NCBI GenBank assembly: GCA_963702565.1
Contig: CAVPDE010000016.1
Span: 320,034-384,033, forward strand
DNA: 64,000 nucleotides
Reading direction: 5' to 3'
Origin: an uncultured delta proteobacterium
Lineage (GTDB): Bacteria > Desulfobacterota > DSM-4660 > Desulfatiglandales > HGW-15
Made by a program: the position numbers and the translations under genes. Positions 1 through 9,345 of the stretch are shown here, one piece after another (position 1 is the stretch's first letter; every line of letters begins with the position of its first letter). A model generated the notes under the pieces. The model worked only from the letters and a program-made list of their open reading frames with translations. It did no database searches and was not told where the DNA came from.

Positions 1-993
1 AAAGGCACAGGGATGTCCGTCATCGAGGTCAGCCACCGGTCCAAACAGTTCGAGGCTGTGCTGAACGAGGCCATTGAACGGACCAAGAGGCTGCTCAAGC
101 TGGGCGATGATTTTCACGTTCTCTTCATCCAGGGAGGGGCGAGCCTTCAGTTCACGATGGTTCCCATGAATCTCGCGGTGGACGGAAAGCCCGTGGATTA
201 CATTCATTCCGGAAACTGGGCCAACAACGCCATCAAGGAGGCCAAGCTCATCGGAAAGGACGTTCGCGTCATCGCGACTTCTCAGGACAAGAATTTCTCC
301 TACATGCCCAAAGACTTCCAGGTGGACAAGGACGCCTCCTACCTCCACATCACCTCCAACGAAACGATCCGGGGCACCCAGTGGGCGCAGTTCCCGAAGG
401 TCGGCGTTCCGCTCGTGAGCGACATGTCTTCGGATTTCATGAGTCGTCCCTTTGACGCCCGGCCGTTTGGGCTGATTTACGCAGGCGCACAGAAGAATGT
501 GGGGCCTTCCGGGTCTGCCGTGGTCATTGTCCGGAAAGACATGATCGAGAGAATCCCGGCCAATCTCCCCACCATGTTCAAATACACGACCTTTGTGGAA
601 AACAACTCCCTGCACAACACGCCGGCCTGCTTCGTGATTTACGTGATTAATCTGGTGCTGAAGTGGCTGGAGGAAAAAATCGGCGGCTTGGAAGCCATCG
701 AGAAGATCAACCGCGAAAAGGCAAAACTTCTCTATGACTTCATGGATCGATCCGGCTTCTACCGAGGAACTGCGGAAAAGGAGAGCCGGTCCTTCATGAA
801 CATTCCCTTCCGCCTTCCCACGGAAGATCTCGAAGCCAAGTTCGTGGCAGAGGCGACGAAAGCCGGGTTTGCCGGGCTCAAGGGCCACCGCTCCGTGGGC
901 GGCTGCCGGGCTTCCATTTACAACGCCACGGGCATCGATGCCGTGAAAGATCTCGTCTCCTTCATGGCTGACTTTCAGAAGAAAGCGGGCTGA
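1..993 (+). CDS. serC: phosphoserine aminotransferase, 5' end cut by window edge
   Basis: Frame is open from nt 1. The translation ([16 protein letters not shown]..., [11 protein letters not shown]-terminal [10 protein letters not shown]) matches the SerC class-V aminotransferase pattern. Confidence 0.9.
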   Translation, partial: KGTGMSVIEVSHRSKQFEAVLNEAIERTKRLLKLGDDFHVLFIQGGASLQFTMVPMNLAVDGKPVDYIHSGNWANNAIKEAKLIGKDVRVIATSQDKNFSYMPKDFQVDKDASYLHITSNETIRGTQWAQFPKVGVPLVSDMSSDFMSRPFDARPFGLIYAGAQKNVGPSGSAVVIVRKDMIERIPANLPTMFKYTTFVENNSLHNTPACFVIYVINLVLKWLEEKIGGLEAIEKINREKAKLLYDFMDRSGFYRGTAEKESRSFMNIPFRLPTEDLEAKFVAEATKAGFAGLKGHRSVGGCRASIYNATGIDAVKDLVSFMADFQKKAG

Positions 994-994
994 G

Positions 995-2386
995 TTGAAA
1001 AGAACACGCGTCGCCAAGGTCCTCGTTTCTGAGGAGATCGGCTCGACCTTCATGGTCATGGGCTGGGTCCGCACCAAGCGGGAATCCAAAGGGGGATTTT
1101 CTTTCATCGAACTGAACGACGGCTCCTGCATGAGCAGCCTTCAGGTGATTGCCGGTGAGAATCTGCCCAACTACAGGGACGACGTGGCAAAACTGCAGAC
1201 CGGATGCTCCGTGCGGGTGAAGGGCACTCTCGTGTCCTCGCCCGCCAAAGGGCAGAGGGTGGAGCTCAGGGCCGAGGAGATCGAAGTGCTGGGATGGGCG
1301 GATCCGGAACAGTACCCTCTGCAGAAAAAGCGCCACTCCTTCGAATTCCTGAGGACCATTGCGCATCTCAGGCCGAGAACCAACACGTTCGGTGCGGTGG
1401 CGAGGGTCAGGAATGCCCTGAGCTTCGCCATCCACAGTTTTTTCCAGGAAAGAGGCTTTGTCTATGTGCACACGCCCATCATCACCGGCAGCGACTGTGA
1501 AGGCGCCGGTGAGATGTTCAGGGTGACAAGCTTCAACCTCGATCAGATTCCCCAGAAGGAGGGTCGCACGGATTTTGCGCAGGATTTCTTCGGCGCCCCT
1601 GCAAACCTCACCGTGAGCGGCCAGCTGGAAGCCGAAGTCTATGCGCTGGCTTTGGGCGACGTGTACACGTTCGGTCCCACCTTCAGGGCCGAGAACTCGA
1701 ACACCACCCGGCACCTGGCCGAGTTCTGGATGGTGGAACCGGAGATGGCTTTCTGCGACCTCGACGGAAACGTGGAACTGGCCACCGATTTTCTCAAGTA
1801 TCTCTTTGCCTATGTTCTGAACCATTGCCAGGAGGATATGGAATTCTTCAGGCGATTCATCGATCCAACGGTCCTTTCGACTCTGGAGAAACTGGTCTCC
1901 CAGGACTTCAAGCGGATGAGCTACACCGAGGCTGTGGACCTTCTCACAAAGGCCAAGGAGCCCTTTGAGTTCCCTGTAGGCTGGGGGACCGACATCCAGG
2001 CCGAGCATGAACGTTATCTCTGCGAGAAAGTCATCGGGGGCCCCATTGTTCTCACAGACTACCCTAGAGCGATCAAACCCTTTTACATGAAGGTGAACAA
2101 GGACGGAAAAACCGTGGGGGCCATGGATGTTCTTGTTCCGAAGATTGGAGAGATTATTGGCGGAAGCCAGCGGGAAGACGATGATCAGATGCTTTCGGAG
2201 AGGATGAAAGAGACAGCCATTGACCCTTCCGGCTACTGGTGGTATCTCGAACTCAGAAGGTTCGGATCAGCGCCTCATTCCGGGTTCGGACTCGGCTTCG
2301 AGCGGCTCGTCCAGTTCGTGACGGGCATGGCCAATATTCGCGATGTGATCCCCTTCCCTCGGACGCCCGGAAACGTCGCCTTTTGA
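995..2386 (+). CDS. asnS: asparagine--tRNA ligase
   Basis: 463 aa with a TTG start 1 nt after the serC stop. Class IIb motifs are present ([33 protein letters not shown]). Confidence 0.9.
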   Translation: MKRTRVAKVLVSEEIGSTFMVMGWVRTKRESKGGFSFIELNDGSCMSSLQVIAGENLPNYRDDVAKLQTGCSVRVKGTLVSSPAKGQRVELRAEEIEVLGWADPEQYPLQKKRHSFEFLRTIAHLRPRTNTFGAVARVRNALSFAIHSFFQERGFVYVHTPIITGSDCEGAGEMFRVTSFNLDQIPQKEGRTDFAQDFFGAPANLTVSGQLEAEVYALALGDVYTFGPTFRAENSNTTRHLAEFWMVEPEMAFCDLDGNVELATDFLKYLFAYVLNHCQEDMEFFRRFIDPTVLSTLEKLVSQDFKRMSYTEAVDLLTKAKEPFEFPVGWGTDIQAEHERYLCEKVIGGPIVLTDYPRAIKPFYMKVNKDGKTVGAMDVLVPKIGEIIGGSQREDDDQMLSERMKETAIDPSGYWWYLELRRFGSAPHSGFGLGFERLVQFVTGMANIRDVIPFPRTPGNVAF

Positions 2387-2402
2387 AACCTGCCTGCTTT
2401 GT

Positions 2403-2744
2403 CTAGGCTGCTTTTGCAGATTCGGCCAAAGCCAACCCCACCACGTAGTGACCTCTGAATCGCCCCTGCTCTTCCTTGATGATCTGCTGGATTTTCGTGT
2501 CCATCAACTTGGTGCGGCACCCGGAGTCATTAGTGTAGTACTTCATTTTCAGGACTTCGCCGACTTTGAAGCGATCCATGATCTCCGAAGAATGTTTCAC
2601 CAATACGAACATGGGGCAGGGCTCGCCGTTCCAGATGCGGAATTGGTGAGAGCATTCAATCCCGTCAAAGGAGACTTCCACACTCTCGAATTCCCTGTTT
2701 TCGGCTGGGCTTGGAATTTTGTCTTGGCTCTTTCTGGTGAACAT
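2403..2744 (-). CDS. hypothetical protein (possibly a small beta-barrel, PilZ-like; weak)
   Basis: ATG at 2744 is preceded by an AGAGGGA Shine-Dalgarno-like sequence. The longer ORF to 2852 has an implausible N-terminus. No diagnostic motif was recognised. Confidence 0.4.
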   Translation of the reverse strand: MFTRKSQDKIPSPAENREFESVEVSFDGIECSHQFRIWNGEPCPMFVLVKHSSEIMDRFKVGEVLKMKYYTNDSGCRTKLMDTKIQQIIKEEQGRFRGHYVVGLALAESAKAA

Positions 2745-3115
2745 AGGTTCCCTCTGTATCCTCCCTTCGACTAAGGTCCCTAATGCACACGCTACAATCC
2801 TTAATCTCCCTAACAGCAACATTTGTGCCAGTTTCCGAGAGGTTACGCCCAACCACTACATCTGGGACTTCTTCCCCACTGGATATCGAGGTGTTGTGGA
2901 GAGCGCTTTAACCTGTTGTCTAGAAATTTAAAATTAGGCAGTCAAGATGCCAATTTTTGTATGCACCGGTGCCCATTTACGTCCATATTTTCATACAGGA
3001 GTGCACAAGGATTACGGCACTAAATTAGAACGCTCTGACTGGGTGTGAACCGAAGATGGAGAAGATCTGAGCTGAAAAGAGGATGGGCTATGCAAGGGAC
3101 ATAAGAGCTTTCATC

Positions 3116-3574
3116 TCATTGGACTTTGAACATAGAAGGCTTCAAATACCATTCCATGTGGTAACCCGAGCTGTCTTTCTCGACACAGACAACGCCGCCA
3201 TTCACGAATTTGACCGCACCGGCCTGATCATCGCCTGCCACCAAATAGGAAACGAGCTTTCCAAGGTGAGGCAAATGCCCCACGTACATCGTGTTGTCTC
3301 CCTTCAGGCCCGCTGCAAATTCGATCACGTTGTCATTGGGGTTCATCCCCGGCACTTCATCGATGTTCCCGTCCCCAAGGTGCTCCGCAAGGATTTGAGC
3401 CGTTTCCTTAGCTCTTGTCTTGCCGCTGTGGCAGACTCTCTTGACTGTGACTCCCGCCTTTCGCAGATGAGCCGCGATGCGCTCCACTTCCTCCCGTCCA
3501 TCTGCGGACAATGGGCAGTTGGGGTCGACATGCTCGGGCACGGCCAAACCGTGTCGAACAAAATAAAGGGGCAT
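3116..3574 (-). CDS. sixA: SixA-type phosphohistidine phosphatase (histidine phosphatase superfamily)
   Basis: 152 aa. N-terminal FVRHG catalytic motif, later HSGKTRAKETA and VGHLP, as in SixA. Confidence 0.75.
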   Translation of the reverse strand: MPLYFVRHGLAVPEHVDPNCPLSADGREEVERIAAHLRKAGVTVKRVCHSGKTRAKETAQILAEHLGDGNIDEVPGMNPNDNVIEFAAGLKGDNTMYVGHLPHLGKLVSYLVAGDDQAGAVKFVNGGVVCVEKDSSGYHMEWYLKPSMFKVQ

Positions 3575-3642
3575 TGTTGAAAAGCCTCCCGTTCTAACTC
3601 TTGATTAACCTGTGCGGCGGCACCCTGCACCTGCGGAAAGAT

Positions 3643-4545
3643 TTACTGACGTCCAATGGCTACGTGCGTGTTCCCCTGGGACAAGCGAGCCGCTGGGACT
3701 TCCTCACTCCGTCGCGCGCTGATAATGGAAACCACTGTCACTATAAGAATGATGATGCCGCCGCCTATAAGCGCATTAATGCCCGGGGTTTCTCCTATCG
3801 CGAAGAACACCCATACGGGATTAAACACAGGCTCGATGACTGCGATCAGGTTCGCTTGAACCGCGGAAACGCGTTTAATCGCGATGGAAAATAAAATCGC
3901 CGACAGGCCGATTTGAACAACGCCCAACACCGCGATTGCGGCGAGCGATTTCGCTGTCACCTGCGGCAATGGAAGAAAAAACGATAAGGCGATACAGATC
4001 CCGGCTGTGAGCCAATGGGACAGAAGAATCGATTCGAGCGGAGAACCGTCTTTTTGCATGCGCATAAACACGAAATAAAAGCTAAACGTTATAGCCGACA
4101 TGAACGCAAGGACATTGCCAAGCAACTTCCCGCCCCCGAGTTCATCAAAAAACATAAAAATCATACCTGCAGCGACGAGAGGCAATGCCATGACATGTTC
4201 CACACGAGCGCGCTCCTTAAGCAAAATAGCGCCGATAAAGACGGTCGACACCGGTGCGAAATATTGCAGGATAATGGCGTTAGCCGCAGTCGTGGTTTTA
4301 TTGGCCGAGACAAACAAAAGCATGGTGGCAGCATTGGCTATGGCCGCGGCAATCTGCGGCAATGAAAGATGAATCTTGGGATGCTTCAAATAAATGAAAA
4401 TAAGTATGGATGCGATGAGACTGCGACTACCAGCTATCGCTATGGGATTCCAATCGATTACTTTTATGAACAATCCTGCGATGCTCCAGAGGAACGCCGT
4501 GGCTGCCATTGCAAGAATGCCCATGCTTTTGCTAACATTTTCCAT
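3643..4545 (-). CDS. EamA/DMT superfamily transporter
   Basis: 300 aa with about 10 hydrophobic helices in a two-half repeat architecture typical of EamA. Confidence 0.8.
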   Translation of the reverse strand: MENVSKSMGILAMAATAFLWSIAGLFIKVIDWNPIAIAGSRSLIASILIFIYLKHPKIHLSLPQIAAAIANAATMLLFVSANKTTTAANAIILQYFAPVSTVFIGAILLKERARVEHVMALPLVAAGMIFMFFDELGGGKLLGNVLAFMSAITFSFYFVFMRMQKDGSPLESILLSHWLTAGICIALSFFLPLPQVTAKSLAAIAVLGVVQIGLSAILFSIAIKRVSAVQANLIAVIEPVFNPVWVFFAIGETPGINALIGGGIIILIVTVVSIISARRSEEVPAARLSQGNTHVAIGRQ

Positions 4546-4604
4546 TTAGTGTCCCAAACCTATTCTCCGGTCCTCCTTCTCCCCGGTCCCCTATTTGACC
4601 GACG

Positions 4605-5129
4605 TCACTCAAAATGGAATTGCACGGTGATTCTGCATTCTTCACCCTTGAACTTGAGACAGCGCCTGAGATCCGGAGTTCGAGTATATCGGAGCCCCAT
4701 CGCATCGAACCATCCCTCGATCCTCTCGAAGATCCCGCACTCATACTCGGAAAGGAGTCCAAGCTTCTTCATCCCGTTATAAGCGAAGCACTCTGAGATC
4801 CTAAAAACCTGCACGCTGTTACCCGGGTAATCGATTTGAATGGCGATGAACTCCGGCACGAAAACCCCTTTCCCAAGTTCAAACAATTCGCGGTATGCTG
4901 TAAAGTTCTTCGGGGGCAGGGCGTCGGCTGCGTTCATCAACCGCTTGAATTCAATCCGGCCCAGCTTTCTGCACACCCGGAGATTCATGGGGCTTGCCTC
5001 GGCCATGCCGAGCTTTGCCGCCACTTCGGCGTACCAAAGGGCGTCGTGGGTTAGCCAGTTTCTCAGCAGCATGTCTTTCAGCTGATTTTGATTTATTGCG
5101 AGTGCTGCCACCGTTTGTCCTATGTACAT
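4605..5129 (-). CDS. hypothetical protein
   Basis: 174-aa ORF with good coding appearance. It has a Cys pair near the C-terminus. No family was confidently recognised. Confidence 0.5.
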   Translation of the reverse strand: MYIGQTVAALAINQNQLKDMLLRNWLTHDALWYAEVAAKLGMAEASPMNLRVCRKLGRIEFKRLMNAADALPPKNFTAYRELFELGKGVFVPEFIAIQIDYPGNSVQVFRISECFAYNGMKKLGLLSEYECGIFERIEGWFDAMGLRYTRTPDLRRCLKFKGEECRITVQFHFE

Positions 5130-5161
5130 ATAAAGATGATGCCGAACATCGGCGCGTTTGG

Positions 5162-5995
5162 TTAGACGTGCGCAGCGAGCCAGGTTTCCACATCTTTGAG
5201 CACACGGCCGCGTTCCGGCTCGTTGAACACTTCGTGATAGAGCCCTTCGTAGATTCTTATGGTCTTATCTTTGGAATTGGCCTTGTCGTAGAGGGTTTGT
5301 GCCCCGCGAGGGTCGACGAGTTTATCTTCACTGCCCTGCAGGACAGTAAACGGCAGAGTGATCTTGCCCGCCTCCTCCGTGACGCGCAGCATAGCCTTCA
5401 GCAACTCCGCTGCCAACCGTGCGGGCGTCTTGCCGTGGAAGACCAGCGGATCATTGATGTAGGCCTTTACCACTTCCGGATCACGCGAGATGCTATGGGC
5501 ATCCACCGGAAGCAACCCCATCTTGGGCGCCAGTGCCGAGAGGATCTTGCCCATGAAAATGGTCGCCTGCGAAATGTTACCGCTGGCTTTGATAGCCGGT
5601 GCGGAGAGGACGGCACCCCTGAAATCGGCTTGATGGTCGAGCAGGTAACAGGAGGTGATCAGCCCGCCCATGCTGTGGCCGAGCAGAAACAGGGGATTTC
5701 CTGTCTGCCGGCCTTTGACCATTTCATAAAAGACCGTCAGCGTGTCGGTGTAATCCGCGAAGCGCTCGACGATTTCACGCATCCCCTCTGACTGGCCATG
5801 GCCGATATGGTCGAACCCGTAGACGGCGTAGCCGAGCGGGACGAAGTGGTTGACCACGTTCATGTAGCGCCCGCAGTGTTCGCCAAGCCCGTGGACGACA
5901 AGCAGTGCGGCTTTGACGTTCCCTTCAGGAAGCCAGGCTTGGTAATAAATCCTGGCGTTCCGCACGGCCTTGAGATTGCCTTCTATATGCTCCAT
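5162..5995 (-). CDS. alpha/beta hydrolase (lysophospholipase / monoacylglycerol lipase-like)
   Basis: HGLGEHCGRY oxyanion region and GHSMGG nucleophile elbow. Confidence 0.8.
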   Translation of the reverse strand: MEHIEGNLKAVRNARIYYQAWLPEGNVKAALLVVHGLGEHCGRYMNVVNHFVPLGYAVYGFDHIGHGQSEGMREIVERFADYTDTLTVFYEMVKGRQTGNPLFLLGHSMGGLITSCYLLDHQADFRGAVLSAPAIKASGNISQATIFMGKILSALAPKMGLLPVDAHSISRDPEVVKAYINDPLVFHGKTPARLAAELLKAMLRVTEEAGKITLPFTVLQGSEDKLVDPRGAQTLYDKANSKDKTIRIYEGLYHEVFNEPERGRVLKDVETWLAAHV

Positions 5996-6191
5996 GGTGC
6001 CTCCTACTAACTCAGCCGACTCCCTGAGCGACAGGTTGGGAATGGATAAAGCGTATTATGCGCCTACTTGAGATATGCTTAACGCATCATAGGCGATGAA
6101 CGGGGGAAACACAAGCTGAGGGAGGGAGGTCACCCCTTGAACCTGCCTTTATGTCGAAAATGATATAACCATTTAATATTATTAATCTTTA

Positions 6192-6220
6192 TTGACATTC
6201 CTGCCCGTGCGATATATCAG
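6192..6220 (+). promoter_or_regulatory. putative sigma70 promoter of AOR-1
   Basis: TTGACA at 6192-6197 and a TATATC/ATATCA -10 candidate at 6213-6219 (spacer 15-16 nt), about 100 nt upstream of the AOR-1 start. Confidence 0.4.
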
Positions 6221-6316
6221 TAGGTCGACAAGCCGAAAAGATCGACTCAACAAGAGGGAAGAATCTGTTTCCATCAACAACGCAGTAGGCTTAACCACCT
6301 TAAAAGGAGGGTATTC

Positions 6317-8059
6317 ATGGATAAGATTTTGAGGATCAACATGGGCGCAGCTGGCGGACCTAAAGCAACGGTAACCCCTGTCGGAGCCTATGCCGGGCTC
6401 GGCGGAAGAGCGATGACTTCCGGGATCGTTTCCAAGGAAGTGCCTCCTCTGTGTCATCCTCTTGGTGAGGACAACAAACTCGTCATAGCCCCGGGCATGC
6501 TGAGCGGAACAACGGCGGCCATGTCGGGCAGGCTTTCAGTGGGCTGCAAGAGCCCTCTCACAGGAGGCATCAAGGAAGCCAACGCTGGAGGCCAGCCCTC
6601 GCAGATGCTCGCAAGGCTCGGCTATGCCGCAATCGTTTTGGAGGGTAAGCCCAAAGAAGGCGCCCTCTACAAAGTGCTCATCAACAAGGACGGGGTGAAG
6701 ATCACCTCCGCCGACAATCTCAAGATGCTGGGCAACTACGACACGGTCGAAAAAATCAAGGCTGAATTCGGTGAGAAGATCGGCGTGATCTCCATCGGGC
6801 CTGCCGGTGAAATGAAGCTGGCCGCGGCTTCCATTGCCTGCACGGACATGGAACTCCGGCCCACACGGCATGCCGGCCGGGGCGGCGTGGGCGCGGTCAT
6901 GGGCAGCAAGGGCGTCAAGGCGATCGTGATCGACGATGCAGGGGCCAAGATGCGAAGCCCCAAGGACCCTGAAGCCTTCAAAGATGCCACGAAAAGATGG
7001 GTGGAAGGACTTCGAAAGCATCCGGTCACGGGTCAGGGCCTTCCTGCGTACGGGACCAACGTGCTCACCAACGTGATCAACGAGGCCGGTGGCTATCCCA
7101 CCAAGAACTTCATGTGGGGCCGATTCGACACCTGCTCCAAGATCAGCGGGGAAACCCAGGCAGCCCTGGAAAATCAGAGAGGCGGCGAGGGTTCCGCCAC
7201 CCATGGCTGCCACCGCGGCTGCATCATCCGCTGCTCTGGAACCTTTTACAACAAGGATGGCCAGTATCTCACCAAGCAACCCGAGTATGAGACCGTCTGG
7301 GCTCACGGCGGGAACTGCGGTATTGACGACCTGGATTCCATCGCCATGCTGGACCGCCTGGACGACGACTTCGGCGTGGATACGATCGAAATGGGAGCGA
7401 CCATCGGGGTAGCCATGGAAGCCGGATTGGCCAAGTTTGGCGATGCAAAGGCGGCCATCAACCTGGTCAAAGAAGTGGGCAAAGGCACTCCCCTCGGCAG
7501 GATTCTGGGAAGCGGTGCCGCTGTCACAGGCAAGGTGTTCGGAGTTGAGAGAGTTCCGGTGGTCAAAGGACAATCCATGCCTGCCTATGATCCCCGCGGG
7601 GTGCAGGGCATTGGCGTCACCTATGCCACAACCACTATGGGCGCGGATCACACCGCAGGATACGCAGTGGCCACCAACATCCTCGGCGTAGGAGGCAAGG
7701 TCGATCCTCTCAAGCCTGAAGGCCAGGTGGAGCTTTCGCGGAACCTTCAGATTACCACCGCAGCAGTAGATTCCACTGGCATGTGCCTGTTCATCGCGTT
7801 TGCAGCCATGGATCAGCCTGAGACCTTCCAGGCTCTCATTGACACCATCAACGCCTTCTACGGTTTGAAGCTCACGGGCAATGACGTGACTGAACTGGGG
7901 AAATCCGTCCTGAAGAAGGAAAGGGATTTCAACGCGGCGGCAGGGTTCACGTCAAAGCACGACCGTCTGCCCGACTTCTTTAAGAAAGAACCGCTTCCGC
8001 CTCACAACATCACCTTTAAAGTGACGGATAAGGATCTGGACTCAGTGTTCAACTGGTAG
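6317..8059 (+). CDS. aor: tungsten-type aldehyde:ferredoxin oxidoreductase family protein (AOR-1)
   Basis: 580 aa. N-terminal MDKILRINMG..., internal CHRGCIIRC cluster region and TTTMGADHTAGY pterin-binding region, all typical of the AOR family. GGAGG RBS is present. Confidence 0.9.
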   Translation: MDKILRINMGAAGGPKATVTPVGAYAGLGGRAMTSGIVSKEVPPLCHPLGEDNKLVIAPGMLSGTTAAMSGRLSVGCKSPLTGGIKEANAGGQPSQMLARLGYAAIVLEGKPKEGALYKVLINKDGVKITSADNLKMLGNYDTVEKIKAEFGEKIGVISIGPAGEMKLAAASIACTDMELRPTRHAGRGGVGAVMGSKGVKAIVIDDAGAKMRSPKDPEAFKDATKRWVEGLRKHPVTGQGLPAYGTNVLTNVINEAGGYPTKNFMWGRFDTCSKISGETQAALENQRGGEGSATHGCHRGCIIRCSGTFYNKDGQYLTKQPEYETVWAHGGNCGIDDLDSIAMLDRLDDDFGVDTIEMGATIGVAMEAGLAKFGDAKAAINLVKEVGKGTPLGRILGSGAAVTGKVFGVERVPVVKGQSMPAYDPRGVQGIGVTYATTTMGADHTAGYAVATNILGVGGKVDPLKPEGQVELSRNLQITTAAVDSTGMCLFIAFAAMDQPETFQALIDTINAFYGLKLTGNDVTELGKSVLKKERDFNAAAGFTSKHDRLPDFFKKEPLPPHNITFKVTDKDLDSVFNW

Positions 8060-8082
8060 AAGCATTGATTTGACTTGCTCTG

Positions 8083-8121
8083 ACGGGGAGATTGTGACTA
8101 CAGTCTCCCCGTTCTCTTTTT
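8083..8121 (+). terminator. intrinsic terminator after AOR-1
   Basis: 9-bp stem (acggggaga / tctccccgt) with a 12-nt loop, followed by the T-rich tract tctcttttt. Confidence 0.7.
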
Positions 8122-8147
8122 GCTCGAATAAAAAGGTATTCTTTTCT

Positions 8148-8215
8148 GTCATTCCGGCGGAAGCCGGAATCCAGATATGCCAAGAACCTCTGGACCCCGG
8201 CTTTCGCCGGGGTGA
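8148..8215. repeat. REP-like double-hairpin intergenic element
   Basis: Hairpin attccggc-ggaa-gccggaat (8151-8170) and hairpin ccccggc-tttc-gccgggg (8195-8212). It translates to the spurious VIPAEAGIQ...LDPGFRRGDD peptide (track ORF 8070..8291). Confidence 0.7.
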
Positions 8216-8257
8216 CGACTTGGAGACTTCTTTAGGATTCCATCAAAAACCACTTAG

Positions 8258-8860
8258 GTGCACACTATGTCCAATCCAACCCTCTCTTTGATCGCACAGC
8301 CGAAGCTTCTTGAAAGATTTCTTCACCTCCTTCAGAAGGGAGTGAAGGTAACGGGTCGGATTGGTTCAAGTGTTCTGTCGTTTCTGCGCGATGATTTGGG
8401 GCTGAGCCCTGAATACGTGGACAAGAGAATTCAGACTCTTTTTTTAAATGGCAAAGCCATAGACAATCCAGACACCTCCTTTCTCAAAGAAGACTCTACC
8501 CTTGCCCTTTCAGCAGCCATGCCCGGACTTCTGGGCGCAACCCTGCGCAAGGGAAGTTACTATGCTCGAATGCGTAACGAGATCTCCCATCAGGAGCAGA
8601 GCCGGCGCATCACTGTGCACGAAGGCATTGTTCAGCTGAAGCTTTTTAATCTTCTTCCTGCTGAGATTGGGCCGGCAGTCCTAGCACGAGGGATCTGGCT
8701 GAAAGGCGAAGAGTTAAACCGGTTTCTTAAGGGATTGCCCGACGACGTTCTCGGGATGTGTTCGGAGGCCAAAGCGGATGGTCAGGCGGTCAGTCTGAAG
8801 GATTTCGGAGAAAAAAGCTCTAGATATGAATTGGTTCTTGTAAGAATCCAAAGTACTTAA
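8258..8860 (+). CDS. hypothetical protein with a possible N-terminal beta-grasp-like segment
   Basis: 200-aa ORF. Its stop abuts the stop of the convergent MoaD-like gene. The segment TLFLNGKAIDNPDTSFLKEDSTLALS resembles ThiS/MoaD cores but lacks a terminal GG. Confidence 0.5.
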   Translation: MHTMSNPTLSLIAQPKLLERFLHLLQKGVKVTGRIGSSVLSFLRDDLGLSPEYVDKRIQTLFLNGKAIDNPDTSFLKEDSTLALSAAMPGLLGATLRKGSYYARMRNEISHQEQSRRITVHEGIVQLKLFNLLPAEIGPAVLARGIWLKGEELNRFLKGLPDDVLGMCSEAKADGQAVSLKDFGEKSSRYELVLVRIQST

Positions 8861-9103
8861 TTAACCGCCTGCAACGGGCGGGAAAACCCCTAACCGGTCC
8901 CCCTCTTTAAGAACGTCGTCATCCTTGGCGTGAACCCCGTTAACGAAGATGAGCTTCACCGTTTCAAGCGGCACCTTAAGTTCTTCAAGGAGAGCCTTGA
9001 TAGTGGTCCCCTCCTGTATTTCAAGGTAACCCGGTTTCTTCTCAAGTGGGACTTGAGGCATGTACTTACCCAAGGATGCATAAAGTTTCAATTCAATCTT
9101 CAT
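8861..9103 (-). CDS. MoaD/ThiS-family ubiquitin-like sulfur carrier (copy 1)
   Basis: 80 aa ending ...GDRLGVFPPVAGG (C-terminal Gly-Gly). Confidence 0.8.
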   Translation of the reverse strand: MKIELKLYASLGKYMPQVPLEKKPGYLEIQEGTTIKALLEELKVPLETVKLIFVNGVHAKDDDVLKEGDRLGVFPPVAGG

Positions 9104-9345
9104 TTCGCTCAGACCACCTATTTTCCAGCGACTTCAATCTACTTTTAATCACTGCGCCAAGGGATTGTCAATAACGGTAGCTTCGCATGATCCCATATTG
9201 AATACCTTGCAATATTCAAAGAAAAACATTAAGAAAATAACCGTAGGCAGCCCGTTGCCCGTGGTCCTTTGTCCCTAGTCGTATATCAGTAGTCTCAAAT
9301 CGGCGGTCTGCGGTCAGCGGTCGTATTTAAACAAACGGTTCAAGA

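Noticed and set aside
8070-8291. 73-aa ORF containing VIPAEAGIQ...LDPGFRRGDD
   Set aside because: It is a translation of the REP-like double hairpin, a known source of spurious hypothetical proteins.
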